From positions 34,576 through 98,575 of the forward strand of contig CAYULA010000002.1 in NCBI GenBank assembly GCA_964445525.1: a stretch of 64,000 bases of DNA. Reading direction: 5' to 3'. Below, piece after piece: positions 47,968-56,030 of this stretch. The notes below the pieces were generated by a model. That model was not told the DNA's origin, did not search any database, and saw only the letters and a list, made by a program, of their open reading frames with translations. How positions within the stretch are numbered: the stretch's first letter is position 1; every line of letters starts with the position of its first letter. Position numbers and translations under genes: made by a program. Source of the stretch: an uncultured Thermoplasmatales archaeon. GTDB lineage: Archaea > Thermoplasmatota > Penumbrarchaeia > Penumbrarchaeales > Penumbrarchaeaceae.

Positions 47968-48026
47968 ACTGGCGGATGATCCTGAAGGGACCTCACATCC
48001 GGTCGGGATGTAGGTTGATTTGATAT

Positions 48027-48890
48027 TTAAGCTTCATCGAGACCCGAGATCTCTTCTCTCAGACCCTCGTATCTGTCGGAAAGCTGATTCAGGGCATAAT
48101 TGAGAGCATCCTTTGCCGGAATCGATCCATCGGTCTCGAATGTGAAGACGAACTTGTCCTCCTCGTAGGAAATCTCGACCGCCTTTTCGCCGTTTATGGC
48201 ATCCAGGGCTGAAGAATCGTAGTAGTTGGGATCCATTTTCTCCAGGGGTTTGAGGTCCTTGACAACGATCTTTCCCTTCTCATAGGCAAGGACCCCCTCG
48301 GGGAATACCTTCACTACCTCCTGGGGGTCATCAAGCTTGGCATTCTTGTTGACTACCAGCTTGGGGTAGTTCATGAATCCGCAGATTGTAACCGGCTGCC
48401 ACTTGGCATGGGTCTTTCCCATTCCGAGCACCGCCGTGGCATAGATCAGAAGCGCCTGTTTCTCCTTGAGCTTCACAACAGGTATGAGCTCCTCCTTGAT
48501 CCTGAGGCTCATATCGCCCAGAGGCTGAAGGTCCCCGGAATATACCGTGCAGGGTCCTTTCTTGTTCATTACATATATTATCGTGCAGTGAGGACACCCG
48601 GTTCCCCCGCATTCGCACTGATCCCTGAACGTGAAGTGCTCCAGGTCTGTGGGAATGGGAACCAGGCTGAGCCTGTGGGCGATCATCTCGTCGAAGAGGG
48701 CGGAATTGGAATCGTATTCGTTTCCCTCCTCGTCCCTGATCGGCCCCATATGGAACTCAACCTCGTCGATGGCCATCTTGGGGACATCGGATATGAGCGT
48801 TCTCCTGATAGAATTCATTACGTCGGGTCTGACCTTGTCTACAACCAGCGTGCATTTCGTATCGGTCAGCTCCCTTACCTCCAATTTCAT
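48027..48890 (-). CDS. rpoD: DNA-directed RNA polymerase subunit D (Rpo3)
   Basis: NSIRRTLISDVP.MAID, NSALFDEMIAHRLSLVP, HAKWQP and FTFETDGS. Confidence 0.97.
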   Translation of the reverse strand: MKLEVRELTDTKCTLVVDKVRPDVMNSIRRTLISDVPKMAIDEVEFHMGPIRDEEGNEYDSNSALFDEMIAHRLSLVPIPTDLEHFTFRDQCECGGTGCPHCTIIYVMNKKGPCTVYSGDLQPLGDMSLRIKEELIPVVKLKEKQALLIYATAVLGMGKTHAKWQPVTICGFMNYPKLVVNKNAKLDDPQEVVKVFPEGVLAYEKGKIVVKDLKPLEKMDPNYYDSSALDAINGEKAVEISYEEDKFVFTFETDGSIPAKDALNYALNQLSDRYEGLREEISGLDEA

Positions 48891-48905
48891 CCTGACACCT
48901 CTGAA

Positions 48906-49295
48906 TCAGACCCTTCTGCCCCTTTTTCCGCCTTTTGGTTTTGTACCATCATGGGGAACAGGGGTGACATCCTCTATTCTGCCTATCCTCAGACCGGCTC
49001 TCGAAAGCGACCTGATTACTCCCTGGGCACCCGGTCCGGGAGATGAGGGTCCGTTACCTCCCGGGGCCCGGACCTTTATGTGGATATTGGTTATTCCCTT
49101 TTCCTTTGCCTTGTCGGCGATAACCTCTCCGGCCCTCATGGCTGCAAAAGGCGATGCCTCGTCCTTGGCTGCTTTCACTACCATTCCGCCGGTTGCCTTG
49201 GCCACTGTCTCGGCACCGGTCAGGTCGGTGAGGGTAACCAGTATGTTGTTGTAGGATGCGTATATGTGGCAGACGCCCCATTTTTCATTCATCAT
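48906..49295 (-). CDS. rps11: 30S ribosomal protein uS11
   Basis: [14 protein letters not shown] and [11 protein letters not shown]...GGKRGRRV. Confidence 0.98.
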   Translation of the reverse strand: MMNEKWGVCHIYASYNNILVTLTDLTGAETVAKATGGMVVKAAKDEASPFAAMRAGEVIADKAKEKGITNIHIKVRAPGGNGPSSPGPGAQGVIRSLSRAGLRIGRIEDVTPVPHDGTKPKGGKRGRRV

Positions 49296-49903
49296 TTCTC
49301 ACCTCCCTCGGCGGTGGGTGCCTCGATGCTAATCTTCTCCGGGACCTGGGAAACCTCATCCCCGGTCTCCGATTTCACGGATGATTTTGGCCTCATTGGA
49401 TGCTCCTCGAAGGCGAAGGGAGAAGAATCCTGATAATCGATGGATCTCTCGTTCATCCTCGGGACGAGCATTCCCGGTATTGTGACCCTTCTGTCATTCA
49501 AGATGATATGGCCGTGGGAGATGAGCTGCCTGGCCTGCTTCGGAGTTGATGCCAGACCCTTCGTGTAAACAAGGGTCTGAAGCCTCCTCGACAGTATCGT
49601 CTCGATCTCGATGGCAAGAACATCCTGGAGAGGGGCTCCCTCGTTGAGAAGACCGAGTTTGTAGCACCTTTTCAGAAGCTGGTCAGCCTCCTTGATGGCC
49701 TGCCTGTCCTCGGTCCTAATCTGTGCCTGGAGGTGTCTTGCCTGCCCCCTCAGATCCCTGAGGTAGGACTCGGCCTTCCATACTTCCTTCTTGTTTTTGA
49801 GGCCGAACTTGATCATGAGCTCCTTTTCTTCCTTGATCCTCTCGCCCTGCCAGGGGTGTGAGGGTGTGTTGAATCTCTTTCTAAGCTTTCTAGGATCTCC
49901 CAT
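49292..49903 (-). CDS. rps4: 30S ribosomal protein uS4
   Basis: MGDP...[21 protein letters not shown] and [10 protein letters not shown]. Confidence 0.98.
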   Translation of the reverse strand: MGDPRKLRKRFNTPSHPWQGERIKEEKELMIKFGLKNKKEVWKAESYLRDLRGQARHLQAQIRTEDRQAIKEADQLLKRCYKLGLLNEGAPLQDVLAIEIETILSRRLQTLVYTKGLASTPKQARQLISHGHIILNDRRVTIPGMLVPRMNERSIDYQDSSPFAFEEHPMRPKSSVKSETGDEVSQVPEKISIEAPTAEGGEK

Positions 49904-49915
49904 TCATAACCCTCC

Positions 49916-50416
49916 TCACTTCATCTTCTTCCTGGACACGCCGACAGTGGCACCGGTCCTTCCGTTGGACCTGGATTTCTGTCCTCTGACCTTCTGTCCG
50001 GTCTCGTGCCTGATCCCGCGGTAGCTTCTGATCTTCCTGAGGAGATTGATATCCTCCTTCTCGGTCATGGAGAGATCCGTTGAGATGGCGTGGGTATCCT
50101 CCCCCGTCTCCAGGTCCCTCTGCCTGTTCAGAAGCCAGGAGGGTAGGAGGTTGGGGATGTCCTCGATCAGTTCAATAAGCCTGGAGACCTCTTCGTCCGT
50201 CAGGTCTCCCATGAGCTTGTCGTGGGGGACTCCGAGCTCCCTTGTCAGGATATGTGAGATCCTGTAGTTGATACCGTTTACGGAGGTGAGTCCGTCAAGG
50301 ATCTTCCTCTCTCCGTCTATGTCGGTATTTACCATACGAACAATGAATTTGAAATCAGGATCGTGTTCCCTTTCCTGATCCTTGGGCTGTCCTTTGCCCT
50401 TCTTCTTCTCTGCCAA
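49916..50416 (-). CDS. rps13: 30S ribosomal protein uS13
   Basis: FKFIVRMVNTDIDG, PSWLLNRQRD and YRGIRH..GQKVRGQ. TTG start with GGAGG upstream. Confidence 0.96.
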   Translation of the reverse strand: MAEKKKGKGQPKDQEREHDPDFKFIVRMVNTDIDGERKILDGLTSVNGINYRISHILTRELGVPHDKLMGDLTDEEVSRLIELIEDIPNLLPSWLLNRQRDLETGEDTHAISTDLSMTEKEDINLLRKIRSYRGIRHETGQKVRGQKSRSNGRTGATVGVSRKKMK

Positions 50417-50522
50417 GCGAATTCCTCCGGAAGCGGCCAGTTCGAAACCGGCCCGCATTTTCTTGCTGCGGCGGCCAGATAATATCTGGCTTTGGCTTCA
50501 GGTTCCCCCCGATAATTGTTCT

Positions 50523-50539
50523 TATTTATATCCCTTTCC
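50523..50539 (-). promoter_or_regulatory. BRE/TATA promoter candidate for the rps13 operon
   Basis: Minus strand reads ggaaaggga-tataaata. Confidence 0.55.
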
Positions 50540-50628
50540 ATGGCAACCCTCTCGAACGTCAATCACAGACCCGCAACAGGTATAAAAATAAATAGGGTAG
50601 GAGACTGTCAGCGGCAGGTTGATAGAAG

Positions 50629-51063
50629 ATGGGAATAGTGACTTTGGCCGGACCCTCCCTGGCGAAGGTGGGTACAGTATTCAAGTATGCGGGTCCAGCG
50701 GACGAATGCGAGGAATGCGGCCTAAAAGCCGTTTGCCACAAATTGAAACCCGGATACAAATACAAAGTTTCCGCCGTCAGGGACGTGGAGCATCCATGCG
50801 AGGTCCACTCCGGAGCTATAGTGAAGGTGATCGAGGTAGAGGAGCTTCCGCTGGAGGCCGCAATCCCTTCGAGGAAAGCACTTGAAGCGGCCCTGATCGC
50901 ACTTGACGAACCCGAATGTCCCAGAAAATGGTGCCCCAATCATGCGCTTTGCACCGTTCCGGAGGATGTAAGGGGTGGAAAGGTCGCCGTCAAGGAGATA
51001 AAAGGCCAACTGGAATGCCCCAGGGGTTTAAAGCTCAAGAAGGTCATTGTGGAACCTCGCTGA
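50629..51063 (+). CDS. UPF0179 family archaeal protein
   Basis: VTLAG..LAKVG..F...CEECGLKAVC...HPCEVH...ECPRG. Confidence 0.85.
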   Translation: MGIVTLAGPSLAKVGTVFKYAGPADECEECGLKAVCHKLKPGYKYKVSAVRDVEHPCEVHSGAIVKVIEVEELPLEAAIPSRKALEAALIALDEPECPRKWCPNHALCTVPEDVRGGKVAVKEIKGQLECPRGLKLKKVIVEPR

Positions 51064-51076
51064 GAAAACGGGTGAT

Positions 51077-52354
51077 ATGATGAGGTCGGACATACCGGGT
51101 CTCTACAAGATGAAGATAGAGGATAGGTTGAAAAAGATTGCAGAGGAATCGGATCTTTCTCATGAAGATCTTGTTGGTTTGAAGGGATCCTCAGAAAACA
51201 TTGAGATCCTGGAGGGAATGATCGAAAACGTTGTGGGGGTTTTCGAACTTCCCGTTGGTGTGGCAACCAACTTCATGATAAACGGTGAGGACAGGCTCAT
51301 ACCCATGGCAATCGAAGAGCCGTCCGTGGTTGCGGCTGCTTCGAAAGCCGCAAAGATAGCGAGAAAGAGGGGAGGCTTCTCATGCTCCACAACCGATCCT
51401 GTCATGATCGGCCAGGTGCAGCTTGTAAATCTCGAGGATCCCGATCAGGCTGTGAGGATACTGAAAAATTCCAGGGAGGACCTGATCGCACTTGCCAATT
51501 CCAAGGACCCCATGCTAGTCAAATTCGGGGGTGGTTGCAAGGATATCAAGATAAGGAGGATAGACTGCGACATGGGGCCCATGATCGTTCTCCATCTCCT
51601 TGTTGACTGCAGGGACGCAATGGGTGCAAATGCGGTAAATACCATGGCGGAAGCGGTGGCCCCCGAGATCGAGAACCTCACCGGAGGCACCGTGGTACTC
51701 CGGATAATCTCCAATCTGGCAGTTCACAGGATTTCCAGGGCCAGGGCGGTGTTCCCCAAGGAGGACCTGGGAGGAGAGGACGGACTGGAGCTGATAATGT
51801 GGGCCCTCTCCCTTGCAAAGACCGATCCTTTCAGGGCCACCACCCACAACAAGGGTGTAATGAACGGCATCACAGCCGTTGTCAGAGCCACCGGAAATGA
51901 TACCAGGGCAGTGGAGGCCGGTGTTCACTCATATGCTTCCTACGGAAAGGACTACGGTCCTGTCACCGACTATCATCTTGATGAGAACGGAGACCTGGTG
52001 GGTAAAATTGAGATACCCGTTCCCGTGGGACTGGTAGGCGGTGCCACCAAGGTCCATCCGGCTGCAAAGGCGGCAGTAAAAATTCTCGGTATCAAGACCG
52101 CCTCGGAGCTCGGTGAGGTCCTGGCGGCGGTCGGTTTGGCCCAGAACCTGGCCGCATTGAGGGCGCTTTCCCAGGAAGGAATTCAGAAAGGCCACATGAA
52201 GCTCCATGCCAGGAACCTGGCGATCCAGGCAGGTGCCGGTTCGGGTGAGACCGACAAGGTTGTGGCAAGGATGATCGGAACCGGGACCTTGACCGCCTCC
52301 TATGCAATGGAGATACTGGAGGATATCAGGACCAATAAATCGCGGAAACCTTAA
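51077..52354 (+). CDS. hmgA: hydroxymethylglutaryl-CoA reductase, class II
   Basis: MIENVVG, EEPSVVAAAS, DAMGANAVN, THNKGVMNG, GNDTRA and GIQKGHMKLH. Confidence 0.95.
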   Translation: MMRSDIPGLYKMKIEDRLKKIAEESDLSHEDLVGLKGSSENIEILEGMIENVVGVFELPVGVATNFMINGEDRLIPMAIEEPSVVAAASKAAKIARKRGGFSCSTTDPVMIGQVQLVNLEDPDQAVRILKNSREDLIALANSKDPMLVKFGGGCKDIKIRRIDCDMGPMIVLHLLVDCRDAMGANAVNTMAEAVAPEIENLTGGTVVLRIISNLAVHRISRARAVFPKEDLGGEDGLELIMWALSLAKTDPFRATTHNKGVMNGITAVVRATGNDTRAVEAGVHSYASYGKDYGPVTDYHLDENGDLVGKIEIPVPVGLVGGATKVHPAAKAAVKILGIKTASELGEVLAAVGLAQNLAALRALSQEGIQKGHMKLHARNLAIQAGAGSGETDKVVARMIGTGTLTASYAMEILEDIRTNKSRKP

Positions 52355-52389
52355 CTAATGAACAGAAGCTAACATAAGCAGGTGTTAAC

Positions 52390-52872
52390 ATGGATATAGA
52401 GAGCGTTCCGATAGAGAAACCCGATGACATCAATTTCATACTGGGTCAGTCCCATTTCATAAAGACGGTTGAGGACATCTACGAGGCTATTGTGAACGTC
52501 AATCCGGAACTCAAGTTCGGACTGGCCTTCTGTGAGGCTTCCATGAACTGTCTGGTCAGGTTCACCGGAAATGACGACGAGATGACAGAACTTGCAAAGA
52601 CCAATGCGAAAAGAATCGGGGCCGGACATTCCTTCATCATATTCATGAAGAACGGATTCCCCATCAACATCATTCCCAGATTGAAGGAGGTCCCCGAGGT
52701 CTGCAGGTTGTTCTGCGCCACTGCAAACCCCACCGATGTCCTGATAGTGGAGAACGATAGGGGCAGGGGGATCGTCGGTGTCATAGACGGCAGCAAGCCC
52801 AAAGGCATCGAAGGTCCCGAGGACAAGGAATGGAGAAGGGATTTCCTCAGAAAGATAGGATACAAGCAGTGA
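52390..52872 (+). CDS. adenosine-specific kinase / DUF355 family
   Basis: [35 protein letters not shown] and LRKIGYK. Confidence 0.92.
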   Translation: MDIESVPIEKPDDINFILGQSHFIKTVEDIYEAIVNVNPELKFGLAFCEASMNCLVRFTGNDDEMTELAKTNAKRIGAGHSFIIFMKNGFPINIIPRLKEVPEVCRLFCATANPTDVLIVENDRGRGIVGVIDGSKPKGIEGPEDKEWRRDFLRKIGYKQ

Positions 52873-52890
52873 TGAAAGGGGACTGGTTCC

Positions 52891-54855
52891 ATGGAAGACG
52901 AAGAGGGGAAGGAGGAAGGGACAGACGAAAAGAAGGCTCCCTCATTCACTCCGGTGAAAGCCATCATGCCGATTACCATGATGGTGGTACTGATCGTTGT
53001 AACACTGGCTCTTGCACTGTGGATAGGCCCCTATTTCGATGCGCTTGGAATTACATCGGAGATGAGCGAGTACGCCGACAATCCACTCTACGCATTCGTG
53101 TTTCTCGGATTCGTGATAGCCTTTGCGGTGTTCATCTTAGTTCTAAGGAAGCTCCTCAAGAGAAGAAGGTTCAAGCTGAAGTACATCTTCGCGTTTGCGG
53201 TCCTCCTCTCGTCCCTTTACATCCTCACGCCCGTGGTGGATATAATCGCGAACGGTTTCCCGGAGGTGTGGGAGGAGTACGATCTCGATATCGATGGCAT
53301 CCGGGGAGCTCTCCCCCTCGATCCGGAGGACTCCGGGAAGGGTATCATCATAGTAGCCGACACCTCCTTCCATGTCCTTGAAAGGGACGAATACGAATAT
53401 GACGAGGTCTGGATGATCGACGGTCTCGAAGAGACATTTGACCCCCATTTCAGCAACGGCCTGTGGGCCTTTGCGGGCAAGGACCAGGGAGAGAACAGAT
53501 ACTGGACAGTGGATGTCCAAGGAGAGGAGACATCATCGGGAACCGTGGAAAATGATAACTCTACCATGGATCTGCTAGGTGTTTCCGTCGCTTACCCCAA
53601 CGGAACTCATTACCTCATATCATTCTGGGAAGGAGAGGGAAACTGGTCCCTTCTTGCCAACAAACCCGGATCAGGAAGTTACTGGTCACCGATAGAATAC
53701 ATCGGTATCAACGAAGGGCCATTCCATCCTGTATTCGGCTGGTCAAACAACCGGTTCCATTACATCGCTGATGATTCTGTCAGATACCTGAAACTGGAGG
53801 CAAGCGAAGAAAAACTCAAGACCACAGGAAGTGGAGGGTCCGGAATCGGAAACTTCACCTGGACGGTTTCTCAGGGGGAGAATGTACTTCTTTGGTCGCC
53901 TGACCCTTATCTCAAAGCAGGAGATGGGTCGCCGACGAAAGAAAATGTAATCATAACCACCTTCATCATCGAGGGAAATTCTCACACCCACACCAAGGAA
54001 GGATACCACACCGGTCCGGTTGAAAACGGATACATGGTATCTTTTACGGAAAAAAATGAAGATCACAGACTTCTCTATCTCTCAGGAGACGAGGTCGGTG
54101 TTTTAACACCGGATTCGGAAGATACCTATTCCTTCACGGAGGATCCCATTGCCGTGTTCCAGGACGGTCCCGGCGGGGATATCTATCTCGTTTTCGAGGG
54201 AGCTGTCCTCATAGGCGATTTCGAGGACCAGGAGAGGATGCAGGTCTGGATCCAGGTTGCAGCCTTCCTGATCTCTCTTGGAATACTGGTACTCCTCCTC
54301 AAGGTCCCCAAATGGTGGATAATAGACATATCCGGGATCCTGATGGGGGCCGGCGTGGTCGCATTGATGGGGACCTCATTCCCGCTTCTTTTCACACTGC
54401 TTTTACTGATACTGCTTGCTATCTACGATGCGATCTCGGTATACAAAACAAAACACATGATTTCCCTTGCGGATGCGGTTGTGGAGTCCAAGATGCCCAT
54501 ACTCCTGGTATTCCCGATGAGGCTGGATTACCGCTACGAGGACGAGACCAACCTGATGGATCCCAAGCGCAAGAGGGAGTCCCTCTTCATGGGACTGGGA
54601 GACGTGATAATACCGGGAATACTGGTGGTATCCTCGTTCGCCTGGCTTCCGAGGGCAGAAGGATTGTTCGGCATCTCAGGTCCCTTGACGGTCGCATTGT
54701 TCTCACTTGCGGGAATGCTTTTAGGCTATGCCGTTCTGATAGGATGGGTTCTCAAGGGAAAGGCCCATGCGGGCCTCCCTCCTCTTAACGGAGGGGCCAT
54801 ACTCGGATTCCTTCTGGGGCATCTCCTTGTATACGGAACCTTCGTTTTCTGGTGA
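52891..54855 (+). CDS. presenilin/SPP-family (GxGD) intramembrane aspartyl protease with a large soluble insertion
   Basis: AIYDAISVYKTKHM (YD), MGLGD and HAGLPPLN motifs, with about 330 aa of hydrophilic insert after the third TM. Confidence 0.9.
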   Translation: MEDEEGKEEGTDEKKAPSFTPVKAIMPITMMVVLIVVTLALALWIGPYFDALGITSEMSEYADNPLYAFVFLGFVIAFAVFILVLRKLLKRRRFKLKYIFAFAVLLSSLYILTPVVDIIANGFPEVWEEYDLDIDGIRGALPLDPEDSGKGIIIVADTSFHVLERDEYEYDEVWMIDGLEETFDPHFSNGLWAFAGKDQGENRYWTVDVQGEETSSGTVENDNSTMDLLGVSVAYPNGTHYLISFWEGEGNWSLLANKPGSGSYWSPIEYIGINEGPFHPVFGWSNNRFHYIADDSVRYLKLEASEEKLKTTGSGGSGIGNFTWTVSQGENVLLWSPDPYLKAGDGSPTKENVIITTFIIEGNSHTHTKEGYHTGPVENGYMVSFTEKNEDHRLLYLSGDEVGVLTPDSEDTYSFTEDPIAVFQDGPGGDIYLVFEGAVLIGDFEDQERMQVWIQVAAFLISLGILVLLLKVPKWWIIDISGILMGAGVVALMGTSFPLLFTLLLLILLAIYDAISVYKTKHMISLADAVVESKMPILLVFPMRLDYRYEDETNLMDPKRKRESLFMGLGDVIIPGILVVSSFAWLPRAEGLFGISGPLTVALFSLAGMLLGYAVLIGWVLKGKAHAGLPPLNGGAILGFLLGHLLVYGTFVFW

Positions 54856-54901
54856 ACCGATAAGGATTTGATGCATCATCCTTCTCCACCTATGATATCG
54901 G

Positions 54902-55636
54902 ATGGAATCACTGATAGCTATACTGATCCTGATGTTCCTGCTCGGAACGGTCCAGGGTCTGACCGTATGCAATCTCACCTGCGGACCCCTGCTGATTCTC
55001 CGGCTTGCGGGACAGTCAAGAGGTGCCAGGGAGGGCCTGGGCCTTTCATTTCTCTTCTCGATGCCCAGAATAATCATCCTCACAATACTCGGAGCTCTCC
55101 TTGGAGCCCTGGGTTTCTCCATCTCATCACTTGCGGGCCTCTCATCTTTTCCCTGGTTCCAGGCAGTTGTATACATCATAATCGCTTTGATCATGATAGC
55201 CACCGGTTTCAGGTTCCTTGGATTCCCAAAAAAAAGGAGCAAGGACTGTCATGAACACGGATCGATGAACCGACTGCTGATGCTCATCATGAAACTCGGT
55301 CCGAGAAAAGGAGAGGCCGAGAAGAGATCCATGGTAGGCCTCGGGATCCTGGTATCCCTGATCTGTTTCGTGGAGGCATCCGGAGCTTCCCTGGCGGTGG
55401 CGCAGATGCTCTCACTGGATACCGGGGAGATCGGCTCCGGTATAATGGTTGGATCTCTAACGATGTTCTTTTATTCCGTCGGTCTGGCAGTCCCTCTACT
55501 GATCCTCGGTTCGGGGGCCTCGGAACTCGGAAAGAGATTGAACAGAGATGATGTCAGGATCGTGGGGGGGATACTCCTTATCGGATTCGGGTTACTACTG
55601 CTCATATTCGAGTTCATATCGATATTATTGTTCTAG
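54902..55636 (+). CDS. CcdA/DsbD_2 (TauE-like) membrane protein
   Basis: About 6 TM helices with CNLTCGP and LICF cysteines. Confidence 0.7.
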   Translation: MESLIAILILMFLLGTVQGLTVCNLTCGPLLILRLAGQSRGAREGLGLSFLFSMPRIIILTILGALLGALGFSISSLAGLSSFPWFQAVVYIIIALIMIATGFRFLGFPKKRSKDCHEHGSMNRLLMLIMKLGPRKGEAEKRSMVGLGILVSLICFVEASGASLAVAQMLSLDTGEIGSGIMVGSLTMFFYSVGLAVPLLILGSGASELGKRLNRDDVRIVGGILLIGFGLLLLIFEFISILLF

Positions 55637-56026
55637 GAAGAACAGATGGGAACCGCACCTGCAGTCCGAGCAGCCGAATCCTCTGATCGAATCGAATCTT
55701 TCGGAAAGAAGGGAAGCCGTCCCGCACTCATCCCCTTCCATATGTTCTTTGAAAAAAACCTTTCTGGATGTGGAATGACCTGTAATAGAATCGATGTGCC
55801 ATCTCCTCCTATTAGGGTTGGATAGATGTCTCTTCACCCTCCCCCAGAGTCCGGATTTCGCCGATCCGACATAGGCATATCTACCCTTCTTAAATGAAAC
55901 AGAACCTAGTGAACCCACATTCACTTCCCTATCAACATCGAAATCAAGGATCAGAATGTAGGTGGCAGGACCCTCATAGGGATCATCAAGGTCGAGTTCG
56001 GAGTATCCCTCGACCGGGACCTTCAG
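55625..56026 (-). CDS. DUF123 / GIY-YIG (Uri) family endonuclease-like protein, probable CTG start
   Basis: GPATYILIL...VGSLG...F.KGRYAYVGSA...RVKRH...WHID...GFGCSDCRCGSHLF. The frame is open up to CTG at 56026, which follows GAGGTG. Confidence 0.8.
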   Translation of the reverse strand: MKVPVEGYSELDLDDPYEGPATYILILDFDVDREVNVGSLGSVSFKKGRYAYVGSAKSGLWGRVKRHLSNPNRRRWHIDSITGHSTSRKVFFKEHMEGDECGTASLLSERFDSIRGFGCSDCRCGSHLFFLEQ

Positions 56027-56030
56027 GGTC

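Noticed and set aside
47729..48023. Short ORFs 47729-47917 (-) and 47763-48023 (+)
   Set aside because: They overlap the tRNA-derived repeats and hairpins and show no protein-like features.
51077..52354. Bacterial-type (class II) HMG-CoA reductase in an archaeon
   Set aside because: Already well known in Thermoplasmatales and Archaeoglobus, so not novel.
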